In this document: positions 37,222 through 46,962 of the stretch, piece by piece | Layout: each line of letters starts with the position of its first letter | How positions within the stretch are numbered: position 1 is the stretch's first letter | DNA from: Clostridia bacterium | GTDB lineage: Bacteria > Bacillota > Clostridia > Christensenellales > UBA1242 | DNA length: 64,000 nt | Assembly: GCA_045588915.1 (NCBI GenBank) | Contig: JAZNFA010000004.1 | Span: 131,707 to 195,706 of the forward strand | Direction: 5' to 3' | Program-made: the position numbers and the translations under genes | The notes under the pieces: generated by a model | What the model was told of the DNA's origin: nothing | Database searches by the model: none | Seen by the model: only the letters and a program-made list of their open reading frames with translations

Positions 37222-39314
37222 TAGAAAGACTTGTCTAATTTATCAAAGCCATCAGCATCAAATAACCTTGAATTTAAAAATATTGAATCATAAACACGGT
37301 CAACGGTTGGGGAAATCTCATCCAGTTGTGCTTGGGTTAAATTTACGCCGTTAAAAGTAATAAAGTCTAATGTTTTCCAAATGCGCCATTCGATAAATGG
37401 TTCACCTGTAATAATATCAATGCGATCGCTTGATACTTCATAACCAACAGCACCCCAAGTGTAACCCGTTAAATACGCGACACCAACAGATGGAGCATTG
37501 TCAAAAATACTGCGTCCATAAGTTAATTGTTGATCAGTTTGAATGCCAAATAAACTGCAAATTGTTGGATAAATATCCATTGTTGAAGTGAAACGATTCA
37601 ACGTAATTCCACAGTTTGCAGGTGTTGCTTGTACAGCGTTTTCGCCTTGAGTTGTCCCGTTAGTCGTAATTTGACGAGGATTATAAACAATGAATGGTGA
37701 ACGGTTTCCTGCCAACTCGCGTGGGTCTTCACTTTCAGGTTTTAAGAAATCAGGGTTAGTATAATAATAATGGTCACCGAACATCACTATTGCTGTGGTT
37801 TCAATCAGCTTTTTACCTGGATGTAATTCATCAGGTGTCTTTTTCAAATAATCAATTAAAGCACCAAAACCTAAATCAAAACTATAAGTGCCAACTAAAT
37901 AATTTTTTGCTCTTGCCACTGCATCTTTATTTTTTGATGACAAAACCGGATAAATTTCAGTCAGTCTTTCCCAATTAGATTGTTCTTCAACGTACTCAAA
38001 TTCTTCAGGATAGTAACTAGGGAAATCAAAACGGAATGGACCAACAGCATGGGTTGAACCACTGATAATATAACTATAGAAATTCTGATTCTTGGGTGCA
38101 ATTTTGGCAAGATTGTTGGCAAACAATAATTCGTCAGCATTTAATGCGCAATGTTTCGGATAATAAACATCAGTATATGTTGAATAATCATTGAATTTAT
38201 CAAAGCCAAGTATATCTTCGAAAACCCCGTATCGGTTATAACAATCACCATGCCAATTATGGAAAGTTTGCGTTGCGTAGTTACTTCTTTCAAAAATATT
38301 GGCTAAGGAATGAGGCGCAACGACATCACCATAATTATTCCAATATTCTTTACCCATAGGATGCATCCCAGTTTGACTGATATAATCCGTAAAGCAAGTA
38401 CGTTCAACACTGTAATACCCGTTGACTTCCACGCAACTTTCACGTAAGAATTTGGTTAAGTTTGGCATCGTAATCGGATTGATCGCTTCACGTTCAAAAG
38501 TTTCCATCAAGACGGTAATTAAATTATAACCTTCACCTAAAACTTCATTTTCATCCAAAACAAAAGTATTCGGTGTGAATTCTTCCCTTACTTCCAGATC
38601 CATCACATCTGTTGTATTTGTTTTAGCGCCCATGAGTGCTAACAAATTATTCAGGTAAAAACTGTATGAACCGAAAGTTTGCAAAGTTACAATACGATTA
38701 CTGAAAGTATCGTAAATAAATTTTTGATTGCGCGATAAACTGACAAAATGATTGTTTTTGTAACTTGGTAAGCCTGAGTACACCATCGTATAACTAAAAA
38801 TACTAACAAAAGCTAAAATACCACACAAGGTAGCACGTAAATTAAATTGATAGCGATAACCTTTTGGTGTACGACAATACCACATAATCGCAACAATGCT
38901 GGCAATATAAAAGACAAGTAACGTAATAATCGGAATTAAAAAAGTCAAATCTAAAACAACGGAGCCAGCATTCGCAAAAGCTGTCGTAATTGTCTTTAAT
39001 GTTTCCAAAGAAAAAATTTCATTACAAGTTTGATATGCCGTAATATTGGAAATTGTGGTAAATAACTGCCACCCGATTAAAAGAGAGCAAATTACTGTTT
39101 GTAGCCATTTTTGTTGAATGAGTGCAACAATCGTTGCGATAATTAAAAGAACCGACAAGCTAAAAATATAAGCTGACGGGAAGGCAAAATTCATAATACT
39201 AAACATAATAATTTCAAGGAAAACACTCGCGACAATAAACAAGGTAGGTATATAAAGAAAGCTAATCTTTTTATACAAAGGAATGTAGGGAACTTCGCGT
39301 GTTTTGAGTTTCAT
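37194..39314 (-). CDS. LtaS-like polytopic sulfatase-fold (phosphoglycerol/phosphoethanolamine-type) transferase
   Basis: About 5 N-terminal TM helices plus an extracellular alkaline-phosphatase-superfamily domain (VLMETFEREA..., ERTCFTDY). Start at 39314 (MKLKTREV). Confidence 0.6.
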   Translation of the reverse strand: MKLKTREVPYIPLYKKISFLYIPTLFIVASVFLEIIMFSIMNFAFPSAYIFSLSVLLIIATIVALIQQKWLQTVICSLLIGWQLFTTISNITAYQTCNEIFSLETLKTITTAFANAGSVVLDLTFLIPIITLLVFYIASIVAIMWYCRTPKGYRYQFNLRATLCGILAFVSIFSYTMVYSGLPSYKNNHFVSLSRNQKFIYDTFSNRIVTLQTFGSYSFYLNNLLALMGAKTNTTDVMDLEVREEFTPNTFVLDENEVLGEGYNLITVLMETFEREAINPITMPNLTKFLRESCVEVNGYYSVERTCFTDYISQTGMHPMGKEYWNNYGDVVAPHSLANIFERSNYATQTFHNWHGDCYNRYGVFEDILGFDKFNDYSTYTDVYYPKHCALNADELLFANNLAKIAPKNQNFYSYIISGSTHAVGPFRFDFPSYYPEEFEYVEEQSNWERLTEIYPVLSSKNKDAVARAKNYLVGTYSFDLGFGALIDYLKKTPDELHPGKKLIETTAIVMFGDHYYYTNPDFLKPESEDPRELAGNRSPFIVYNPRQITTNGTTQGENAVQATPANCGITLNRFTSTMDIYPTICSLFGIQTDQQLTYGRSIFDNAPSVGVAYLTGYTWGAVGYEVSSDRIDIITGEPFIEWRIWKTLDFITFNGVNLTQAQLDEISPTVDRVYDSIFLNSRLFDADGFDKLDKSFYQLGKSNLI

Positions 39315-39320
39315 TTTTAT

Positions 39321-39350
39321 ATTATAGTATTTTGAATGATTTATTGTCAA
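39321..39350 (-). promoter_or_regulatory. Putative promoter: TTGACA-N18-TATAAT-N6-ATG (LtaS-like gene)
   Basis: Complement of 39345-39350 is TTGACA and of 39321-39326 is TATAAT. ATG at 39314, no SD. Confidence 0.55.
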
Positions 39351-39361
39351 CTTGCACTACT

Positions 39362-40402
39362 TTATTTGGTGTAGCCGTTGGGATTTTGCGAATAGAAACG
39401 CCATAAATCGCGTGCCATCGCATCTAAGTCAAATTCTGCGTGCCACTCTAATGCTTTTTCGGCGTGACTTGGGTCAGCATAACACTCGGCAATATCGCCA
39501 GCGCGACGTGGTTTAATTTGATATGGAATTTCACGGCCGGCTGCTTTTTCAAATGCATGTAAAACATCCAAAACACTGTAACCGTGTCCTGTACCTAAAT
39601 TATAGGTATGAACCCCAGTTTGTTCTACCTTAGCAATTGCTTGCAAGTGCCCTTGTGCTAAATCACAAACGTGAATGTAATCACGCACACCTGTTCCGTC
39701 TGGTGTTGGATAGTCATTACCAAAAACTTGCAAGAAAGGTAATTTACCGGTTAAAACTTGTGCAATATAAGGCGTCAAATTGTTTGGAATACCTTGTGGG
39801 TTTTCACCAATCAAACCGGATGGATGTGCACCAACTGGATTGAAGTAACGCAAAATCACAGCCGTCCAAGTTGGGTCAGCTTTACATAAGTCACGTAAAA
39901 TATCTTCAATCATTAACTTAGTTGCACCATAAGGATTAGTTGTACGCAAAGCACAATCTTCGGTTAAAGGTAAAGTTTCTGGGTTTCCATAAACTGTGGC
40001 ACTTGATGAGAAAACAATTTTCTTGCAACCAGCAGCTTCCATCACTGCCAATAAAGATAAAGTTCCATTTAAATTATTTTCGTAATAACGTAATGGTTGG
40101 GCAACACTTTCACCCACAGCTTTCAAAGCTGCAAAATGAATTACCCAATCAATTTGATGTTTTTCAAAGACTTCGGCTAATTGAGTACGGTTACGTAAAT
40201 CAATATGATACCAAGGAAAAGTTTTTCCAGTAATTTCGGTAACACGTTCCAAACTAATTGGCGAACTGTTAACAAAGTTGTCAACGACAACAATGTCATA
40301 ACCTTGTTCAAGTAAATTAACACAGGTATGACTGCCAATATAACCAGCACCACCCGTAACTAAGACTGTTGTTTTTTTATTTGTTTTTTCTGTTGTTTTC
40401 AT
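39362..40402 (-). CDS. galE: UDP-glucose 4-epimerase
   Basis: GGAGYIGSH, YGATKLM (YxxxK), typical GalE length and C-terminus. Confidence 0.9.
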   Translation of the reverse strand: MKTTEKTNKKTTVLVTGGAGYIGSHTCVNLLEQGYDIVVVDNFVNSSPISLERVTEITGKTFPWYHIDLRNRTQLAEVFEKHQIDWVIHFAALKAVGESVAQPLRYYENNLNGTLSLLAVMEAAGCKKIVFSSSATVYGNPETLPLTEDCALRTTNPYGATKLMIEDILRDLCKADPTWTAVILRYFNPVGAHPSGLIGENPQGIPNNLTPYIAQVLTGKLPFLQVFGNDYPTPDGTGVRDYIHVCDLAQGHLQAIAKVEQTGVHTYNLGTGHGYSVLDVLHAFEKAAGREIPYQIKPRRAGDIAECYADPSHAEKALEWHAEFDLDAMARDLWRFYSQNPNGYTK

Positions 40403-40420
40403 TACATATAGTTTAATCAG

Positions 40421-41080
40421 TTAATGATTTGCTGGCAACTTATATTGCATAAAAAATTGAAACCAAGTAACAAGGACAGCACTTAACAACAAGGCACCCA
40501 AAACATCAGTGAACCAATGATAACCACAACACAAACGAGCAACGACCCCCAGCACCAACATCAACCATCCACAAACAAGTAAAATACGACGCCAAGTGAG
40601 TGATTTAATTCCCTGCCGACACAGACACAACATCAACGGCCACAATGTAGCAACCAACAAAATATGAGATGATGGATACGAGACTTCAGCAATACCATCT
40701 AACACAATGGGACGATAGTTAATAACAACAAATTGGAACAACAGATAACATAAGCCTAAAACAATAATTGTGATATCAAATACCCACCAACGCAATGTCA
40801 ACGCACGCAAACTTTTACCACGCAGAATAATCACAAATTGCCAAACTAACATTCCGACTAGTGCCAGTATAGTAACACCTACAATAATATCCGAAATGAG
40901 ATGCCAAACGCTTTGTACACCTAATAAATCACGCCACCATAAGTTGATGGTTGCCCAACCAATTGGACCAGTAGCAGTACTTTGGACGTCAACACAAAGC
41001 AAAGTAACCGTTAAGACAACAAAGAAAATCGTGCAACTTAATGCCGTAAAAAACCATCCCCACTGCTTACGTGTCAACAT
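40421..41080 (-). CDS. PAP2-family lipid phosphatase (possible undecaprenyl-diphosphatase)
   Basis: YPSSH and GYHWFTDV motifs in a multi-TM protein. Start is uncertain: ATG at 41080 or GTG at 41140. Confidence 0.65.
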   Translation of the reverse strand: MLTRKQWGWFFTALSCTIFFVVLTVTLLCVDVQSTATGPIGWATINLWWRDLLGVQSVWHLISDIIVGVTILALVGMLVWQFVIILRGKSLRALTLRWWVFDITIIVLGLCYLLFQFVVINYRPIVLDGIAEVSYPSSHILLVATLWPLMLCLCRQGIKSLTWRRILLVCGWLMLVLGVVARLCCGYHWFTDVLGALLLSAVLVTWFQFFMQYKLPANH

Positions 41081-41084
41081 TAAC

Positions 41085-41753
41085 TTAGTTTGCCTCAGGT
41101 GCGTCGGTTTGATACTGTTCAACTGTTGCAACTTGTGCACGACGTTTTTTCACAAAGTGCATAATTAAACGATAGACAATGTAGACAGCAATTAAAGCCA
41201 AGAAGATAATTAAGAAAAGACGACTAAATTGTGGGAACACTTGGCAAAGTGATGCAATGATAAGACCACAAACGGTATTACCCACAACTACAACAGCACA
41301 AATTGCCCAGAAGTTCAATCCTAATAAAACAGCAAAACAAGTACCCGTCCAAACACCAGTACCAGGAGCAGGGAAAGCGACAAACAAGAAAACTGCTAAC
41401 ATTTTTAACCAAAACGCACGTATTGAACTTTTGGTTTGATTTTCTTCTTTCATTTTATCGGAACGTTTTGCAACGTCGCCCACGATAAAATCAAGAATAG
41501 CTTTGAAAAATTTTTTAGTCTTCAACCAATTATAAATTGGACGGAAAACCAAAGCTAAAACAGGAACGACCAAGCAACTACCGAACAAAGCCCAACCAAA
41601 TGACTGCCAAACATTCAAGGCTGAATCACCCCAGAACTCAGTATCAATACCCAGCGTAATACCACCTTTTAATTCCAACAAAGGCAACAACGAAACAAAT
41701 ATCGTTGCTAAAATCGAATTACTTCCAAAAATTGCAGTTAAAATTTCTCCCAT
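41085..41753 (-). CDS. Polytopic membrane protein, COG2426 / small multidrug-export-like
   Basis: LPLLELKGGITLG and FPAPGTGVWTG motifs. AAGGAG SD. Confidence 0.45.
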   Translation of the reverse strand: MGEILTAIFGSNSILATIFVSLLPLLELKGGITLGIDTEFWGDSALNVWQSFGWALFGSCLVVPVLALVFRPIYNWLKTKKFFKAILDFIVGDVAKRSDKMKEENQTKSSIRAFWLKMLAVFLFVAFPAPGTGVWTGTCFAVLLGLNFWAICAVVVVGNTVCGLIIASLCQVFPQFSRLFLIIFLALIAVYIVYRLIMHFVKKRRAQVATVEQYQTDAPEAN

Positions 41754-41762
41754 ATCTTCTCC

Positions 41763-43244
41763 TTATTCTTCTTTAATTGCACCAAAACGACGATCACGAC
41801 TTTGATATTCTAATAATGCAGTATGTAAATCTTGCTTACTGAAAGCAGGCCAATGAACTTTTGGGAAATAAAGTTCAGCGTACGAAACTTGCCATAACAT
41901 AAAATTACTTAAACGTTGTTCGCCACTGGTACGAATTAAAAAATCTAATAATGGTTGTTCACTGGTGTATAAATATTTTTGAATAGTGGCACGGTCAACT
42001 TGTGGTGCTAAATTATCAGCTAACATCAAATTCACAGCACGCACTAACTCATCTTGTCCACTGTAATTGATACCTAAGTTTAAAATAAATTGCGTTTCAT
42101 TTTTAGTTGCTTCAAGAGCTGCCGTAGCGTTTTTTACCAATTCAGGTGGGAACTTAGTATAATCACCCATAATATTCAAACGTACGTGTGGATATTTTTT
42201 AACGAAGTCATTCGCTTTTAAATATTTGGTAAAATACTTAAAGAGATAATCTAATTCAGTTTGTGGACGGTTCCAGTTTTCAGTTGAAAAAGCGTAAATA
42301 CTAACAATTGGAATTCCATATCCATAAAAGCATTCTTTAATAATGACATCTAAATTTTTAACACCGTGCTCGTGACCTTTGGTACGTGCCCAACCACGCT
42401 CTTTCGCCCAGCGACCATTACCATCAATAATAAAACCAATGTGCTGTGGTAATTTTTTCAATTCAGTCGCCATAAGCTTTTCTCCTTTTGTAATTTTTGG
42501 CTGCAACGCTTCACTGGTAGTTACAATACCATTTTGTGCAATGATAGTTTTGGCACGAGCCATTCCTAGTTGATATTGTTCTTCCGTAATATACTTATGT
42601 TTCAATAAGTAATCGGCATAGTAATACTCACGACGGCTTTGCGCTGCACCACTGGTCGCACTATCACTACGAAAGAGTACCACAAAAAAGGTTTTAATGA
42701 CAATCATTAAATCACGCCAGAATGAAATTTTACGTTGATAGGTTAAATGTTTTTCAATAACCTCTTCCCAACTTGCCGAGCTTCGACCACCTGACACTTG
42801 CGCCAAGCCGGTTAGTCCTGGTCGTACACGGTAAATGCTTAATTCTTCGGCAGTCCAAAAAACAACATCTTTCACTAAAACTGGACGAGGCCCAACAAAG
42901 CTCATTTCACCACGCAAAATATTCACCAACTGTGGTAATTCATCCAAACTAAAACGACGTAAAAACTTACCGAATGCTGTAATCCGTGCGCCGTCAGGAA
43001 GTAAATTTCCTTGCGCATCGGTTTTATCATTCATAGTCCGAAATTTGTAAATTTTAAAAACTTGACCGTTGCGTCCTGGACGAACTTGACTAAAGAAAAC
43101 TTTGCCGTGAATAAACATTTTGGAACAAAGCATCAAAACAAGAAACAAAGGCAATAAAGTAATTAACAAGAGCAAAGCAAAAAGAACGTCTAAACTACGT
43201 TTAAAAAAGCGTTCATAAAAAGTTTGTTGCCCTGTACGTTGCAT
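41763..43244 (-). CDS. uppS: Fusion: monotopic phosphoglycosyl transferase (bacterial sugar transferase) plus undecaprenyl-diphosphate synthase
   Basis: The N-terminal ~200 aa show KRSLDV...PGRNG..F.IYKFRTM...DELPQL.N.L.GEMS.VGPRP. The C-terminal ~235 aa show IIDGNGRWA, FSTENWNRP and RTSGEQRLSNFMLWQ. One open frame, with an internal ATG at 42473 preceded by AAGGAG. Confidence 0.85.
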   Translation of the reverse strand: MQRTGQQTFYERFFKRSLDVLFALLLLITLLPLFLVLMLCSKMFIHGKVFFSQVRPGRNGQVFKIYKFRTMNDKTDAQGNLLPDGARITAFGKFLRRFSLDELPQLVNILRGEMSFVGPRPVLVKDVVFWTAEELSIYRVRPGLTGLAQVSGGRSSASWEEVIEKHLTYQRKISFWRDLMIVIKTFFVVLFRSDSATSGAAQSRREYYYADYLLKHKYITEEQYQLGMARAKTIIAQNGIVTTSEALQPKITKGEKLMATELKKLPQHIGFIIDGNGRWAKERGWARTKGHEHGVKNLDVIIKECFYGYGIPIVSIYAFSTENWNRPQTELDYLFKYFTKYLKANDFVKKYPHVRLNIMGDYTKFPPELVKNATAALEATKNETQFILNLGINYSGQDELVRAVNLMLADNLAPQVDRATIQKYLYTSEQPLLDFLIRTSGEQRLSNFMLWQVSYAELYFPKVHWPAFSKQDLHTALLEYQSRDRRFGAIKEE

Positions 43245-43252
43245 TGATATTT

Positions 43253-43282
43253 ATTATATATGATTACCACCGTTTCGACAAA
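43253..43282 (-). promoter_or_regulatory. Putative promoter: TTGTCG-N18-TATAAT-N8-ATG
   Basis: Complement of 43277-43282 and 43253-43258. ATG at 43244, no SD. Confidence 0.4.
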
Positions 43283-43300
43283 CCATTGTCTTTTTAAAAC

Positions 43301-43336
43301 AAAAAAAATTGCCAAGTTAATTTGGCAAATCTTTTT
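43301..43336 (-). terminator. Rho-independent terminator after the Cys-rich gene
   Basis: ttgccaa / ttggcaa stem followed by T8 on the minus strand. Confidence 0.75.
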
Positions 43337-43355
43337 TGAATGAACTTAATTTAGA

Positions 43356-43646
43356 TTAACACAAGGTGCGTGGACATTCCATACAACGACCTTGCCCACA
43401 GAGTGAACTTGGTTCAACTGGTTTGGTTACGTCCTTTTCAACAGTTGGTTGTTCAACTACTGGTTCAACTGGTTGTTGTTCCACAACTTCGGTATCCTTC
43501 TTGTGGTGACGAATGACTTCAACACTGTCGTATTTAACAGCGCAGTATTCCTTATTGCCTTCACATTCATGGTCTTTTAAACAACAAGAGTCACAATTAT
43601 ATTCAGGGTTAAAAAGTCTCAATTTTTTACGAATTAATGTATGCAT
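43356..43646 (-). CDS. Small Cys-rich protein (96 aa) with a Pro/Glu/Val-rich linker
   Basis: AAGGAG SD, 27 nt downstream of paralog 1. Cys clusters are CDSCC..C..7..C at the N-terminus and C..4..C..C..4..C at the C-terminus. Confidence 0.6.
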   Translation of the reverse strand: MHTLIRKKLRLFNPEYNCDSCCLKDHECEGNKEYCAVKYDSVEVIRHHKKDTEVVEQQPVEPVVEQPTVEKDVTKPVEPSSLCGQGRCMECPRTLC

Positions 43647-43673
43647 AATATCTTACTCCTTTTTTCTTTTCTT

Positions 43674-44813
43674 TTATTTTGATTTTTCATTGTTGGGATT
43701 TGTTGGTGGTAGTTCATTCATTTTAGTCTCCTTGTATTTCTCCCATTCACTATCATTATGGTGAAAAATTTCGGATAGACCAATTTTTTTGCGTTTGCCA
43801 ACTGCATAGATGTACCCCCAACTGGTACTGGGTAAACTATTTAATAGTTTGCGTTTTTTAGCATTGTCGACAATTTCTTTGGCACGAAAACCAATGTATA
43901 ACGACAAAGGTTTATGATTTAGTTTACTCAATTTCTTTTGATTTTGACAATCATTATTAACCAGCTTGCGATAACGTTTTTCATAGTAATCTAGTTTTTG
44001 TAGATTATGATACGAAAGCGACCGACAACCCGTATACATTGCCTCAAGTTCAGGTTTGCCCTGAATAAACTGATTGAAGTATGCTACTTCACGCTTCTCT
44101 TCCCAAGCGTCATAATGTTCGGTTTTCATTTTCGCAATGCGTTCTTGATACCGTGCCGATTTAAGTTTAATGAAATCAATTACGTGTTGTGGATAATATG
44201 TATTTTCATAAGTCTGTTGAAGTGCATCTTTGTACCACCAAAATTTTTTCTTTTCGACAAGTTTTTCAGCTTCTAACAACGGCATACCAATTTCTAAATT
44301 TCGCATTTCACTAATAATTTTCGAACGGAAAGCTATATCATAATCTTTGATTTGATGAAAATTATTTGCTGCAGAATGATTCTGCAAATCTTTGATTTGT
44401 GCATAAACAAGTAATTCTTGATACTGGTTTAATTTTTTTTGGAATAATTCGTTGTGATAAATGTCTTCGACAAACTTGCCAATGTTATTGAAGTTCAAAT
44501 ACTGATTAACTAAAAACTGACGATTGATTGCATAATATTTGACAGCATTTTCATTGACGTATTGCCCTAGATTTTTTTGAAGATAAAACGCAGCAATGTA
44601 TTTTTTCAACCAAGGTTCATCATATAAATGTAGTAGCAAATTTTCGGCCGTATAAATATCTTGAGGTTTTTGTTTATGTTTTTGCAAGCTCCTTAAAAAA
44701 TCGGTCTCAAAGTTTTTCGTATATATGGCGTAAGGGTCTCTTACCAAAACTTCAATAATCCGTTTTTTTGCACTTTCAGCAATAATTTCATAAACGCGTT
44801 CAGCAACAACCAT
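43674..44813 (-). CDS. Uncharacterised basic protein, tandem family member 1 (379 aa, longest)
   Basis: Shares LLLHLYDEPWL, DYD..FR and ENTYYP motifs with the four genes upstream. Confidence 0.7.
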   Translation of the reverse strand: MVVAERVYEIIAESAKKRIIEVLVRDPYAIYTKNFETDFLRSLQKHKQKPQDIYTAENLLLHLYDEPWLKKYIAAFYLQKNLGQYVNENAVKYYAINRQFLVNQYLNFNNIGKFVEDIYHNELFQKKLNQYQELLVYAQIKDLQNHSAANNFHQIKDYDIAFRSKIISEMRNLEIGMPLLEAEKLVEKKKFWWYKDALQQTYENTYYPQHVIDFIKLKSARYQERIAKMKTEHYDAWEEKREVAYFNQFIQGKPELEAMYTGCRSLSYHNLQKLDYYEKRYRKLVNNDCQNQKKLSKLNHKPLSLYIGFRAKEIVDNAKKRKLLNSLPSTSWGYIYAVGKRKKIGLSEIFHHNDSEWEKYKETKMNELPPTNPNNEKSK

Positions 44814-44818
44814 AACGT

Positions 44819-44848
44819 ATTATAGAGAATTCACTACCCCAAAGTCAA
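44819..44848 (-). promoter_or_regulatory. Putative promoter: TTGACT-N18-TATAAT-N5-ATG (family member 1)
   Basis: Complement of 44843-44848 and 44819-44824. ATG at 44813. Confidence 0.55.
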
Positions 44849-44897
44849 GATAGGTATTTTAAATTATTGGTCATAATCAAATGAATTTGATAAAAGT

Positions 44898-44931
44898 GCA
44901 AAAAACTTGCCACCAAAAGCAAGTTTTTTTT
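44898..44931 (-). terminator. Rho-independent terminator after family member 2
   Basis: acttgc / gcaagt stem flanked by A and T runs. Confidence 0.7.
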
Positions 44932-44948
44932 AGATAATAAATACTCGA

Positions 44949-45971
44949 TTATTTTGTTAGATTTTGCTCATCGGTAATTCCCAATTGTTCATTTTTGGCT
45001 TTGAATGATTTTAAACCTTTCAAAACCGTATTTTTTAAGCTACGACGTTTTTTCGTAGACAACATCATATTGCGCATTTTTTCATAGAACTTGAGCTTTG
45101 CATCTAACTTAATCAAATCAAGTTTGTTCATTTTCATTGTTTTAGTTGCTAAACCTAAGTCGTCGATGATTTGGTAATGCATTTGATAATAATCATATTC
45201 ACGACGTTGCAACCAAACTTCTTGATGTGCTTGTTTTAATTTCATCAAAGCTTTCCACCACAAAGAAAATTCTTGTCTATCTTTAATCACTTCTGCCAAT
45301 GGATAATATTTATTTTCAAAAGCAATAATCATCGATTTTTTACGCCATAAATCTGCTGATTCTTCCAAACCAACTTCAACATCATATTTGAAGACTCCAT
45401 TACTCGACATAACTTCCATAACATCCCTACGGAAGTTAAGGTCAAAGTAACTACTATTTTTCTTCATAAATGGCGTAGTAGAATCTTTCATCAAAGCATT
45501 TGATATACCAGCCGTAATCATATACTCTGCTTGTGCGCCAGTCAGTGCACGTACAAATTGACGGCGAATAGAAGCAAATGCAATTGAATTTTTCACAAAG
45601 TTACGTAACTCTCGCATAGAAATTTTAGCGTTTGGTCGATGTTTTTTCATCACTTCGCTGACATAATTGATTAACCAATTATCATCATACAAATGCAATG
45701 GTAAATATTCGACTGTATAAACATTTTTAATTTTTCGATCAAGTTCTTTAAATGAATGATTGAAAACGATGTTTCTTACCTTTTCCTTTGGAAAAATATG
45801 ATGAAGCTCAGCACATAACTCACCGTGCTCTTGCATATGTTTCGCATTTTTTTCAAGTCTCTCGCATTCCTTGTAATAAGCAACACGTTCCTCATAAGTC
45901 ATTCTTTCGACTTCTTGCGTATAGTATTTTTTTCTATACTCAAACATTTGATTCATACTTACAAATTCCAT
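44949..45971 (-). CDS. Uncharacterised basic protein, tandem family member 2
   Basis: LPLHLYDDNWL, AFENKYYP, WLQRREYDYY, GLATKTMKM. The second ATG (45971) lies 6 nt from the -10. The track start is 45974. Confidence 0.7.
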   Translation of the reverse strand: MEFVSMNQMFEYRKKYYTQEVERMTYEERVAYYKECERLEKNAKHMQEHGELCAELHHIFPKEKVRNIVFNHSFKELDRKIKNVYTVEYLPLHLYDDNWLINYVSEVMKKHRPNAKISMRELRNFVKNSIAFASIRRQFVRALTGAQAEYMITAGISNALMKDSTTPFMKKNSSYFDLNFRRDVMEVMSSNGVFKYDVEVGLEESADLWRKKSMIIAFENKYYPLAEVIKDRQEFSLWWKALMKLKQAHQEVWLQRREYDYYQMHYQIIDDLGLATKTMKMNKLDLIKLDAKLKFYEKMRNMMLSTKKRRSLKNTVLKGLKSFKAKNEQLGITDEQNLTK

Positions 45972-45977
45972 CATAAA

Positions 45978-46007
45978 ATTATAAATGGGAGCATCTTACA
46001 AAGTCAA
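45978..46007 (-). promoter_or_regulatory. Putative promoter: TTGACT-N18-TATAAT-N6-ATG (family member 2)
   Basis: Complement of 46002-46007 and 45978-45983. The upstream GGGTATTGACTTTG is nearly identical to the member 3 promoter. Confidence 0.55.
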
Positions 46008-46037
46008 TACCCCCAGATAAAATTCATTCAGTTTTTA

Positions 46038-46955
46038 TTACATTGTACGATCATCAAATTGCTTTGGCTTATTGCGACAAGCTTGCAACAGTACAACACT
46101 TGCTTGCTGATACTTAGCTAATCGTTTATCTAAACGTTGTAATTCCTTAGGCTTCATTTCCATTGTTGGTGCAAATAAACCGATCTCTTTTAAAATACTT
46201 TGATGTTCTTGACCATAATCATAGATACGACGTTGCATCCAAACTTTTTTGTGTGCCTGTTGAAAGTGTTGTAAAACTTTCTTTTGTGATTTGGTTGGAT
46301 GAATAAATTTAGTTTTACTAATCGGGTAACATTCATTTTCAAAAGCAATTTCCATACTTTCTGGCAACCATAATTGACTATTCTTTTCTAAAAAGACTTC
46401 GACTCTATGTTCGTCAATACCCAACTTTGTGAACGAGCGTATAACTTGTTCACGGAATTGCTTATCATAATCCTTAATATATTGATAATCATAAGGACAC
46501 ATTCCATCGATTAAAGCGTTAGGCACTGGATTACGTAACATATGATTTAGTTGGATGCTCATTAACCTTTCAATATAGTTATTGCGTTCAATTTCAAACA
46601 ATGGTGATGCTTGGACAAAGGCATTTGCGTTCGCAATCTTGAATTTGTTTTTAAATTCTTTACTTTCAGCAACCTGTGTTAAACACTTAGCCAACCATTC
46701 ATTATCATACAAATGGAATGGTAAAAAATCAGAAGTGTACATTGTTGTTGGTAATTCTTCAGGTTTCGCAAACTCTAAACCTATCAAAGTGCGTGCAATG
46801 TCGTGTTCTTTCGGAAACATTTGACAGATACAATCACACAAAGCTTTAAGCTGTGCAGTCTCCTTATCAATTAAGGCAGTGTCTTTTTGAACTCTTTTCG
46901 AGTGTTGTTTCATACGTTGAGTATTAAAAATATCTGATAATTTTTTTAGTTTCAT
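46038..46955 (-). CDS. Uncharacterised basic protein, tandem family member 3
   Basis: LPFHLYDNEWL, DYDKQFR, AFENECYP, WMQRRIYDYG, GLFAPTMEM. ATG at 46955; the track start at 46982 is a TTG inside the promoter. Confidence 0.7.
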   Translation of the reverse strand: MKLKKLSDIFNTQRMKQHSKRVQKDTALIDKETAQLKALCDCICQMFPKEHDIARTLIGLEFAKPEELPTTMYTSDFLPFHLYDNEWLAKCLTQVAESKEFKNKFKIANANAFVQASPLFEIERNNYIERLMSIQLNHMLRNPVPNALIDGMCPYDYQYIKDYDKQFREQVIRSFTKLGIDEHRVEVFLEKNSQLWLPESMEIAFENECYPISKTKFIHPTKSQKKVLQHFQQAHKKVWMQRRIYDYGQEHQSILKEIGLFAPTMEMKPKELQRLDKRLAKYQQASVVLLQACRNKPKQFDDRTM

Positions 46956-46962
46956 CACATTT

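Noticed and set aside
43249-43265. 17-nt identity (atttattatatatgatt) between the PGT-UppS promoter region and the paralog 3 promoter region (46959-46975)
   Set aside because: Both are AT-rich -10 regions. A single 17-mer match of this composition among roughly 10^10 pairwise comparisons in the window is not clearly beyond chance. It is recorded here rather than claimed as a repeat element.
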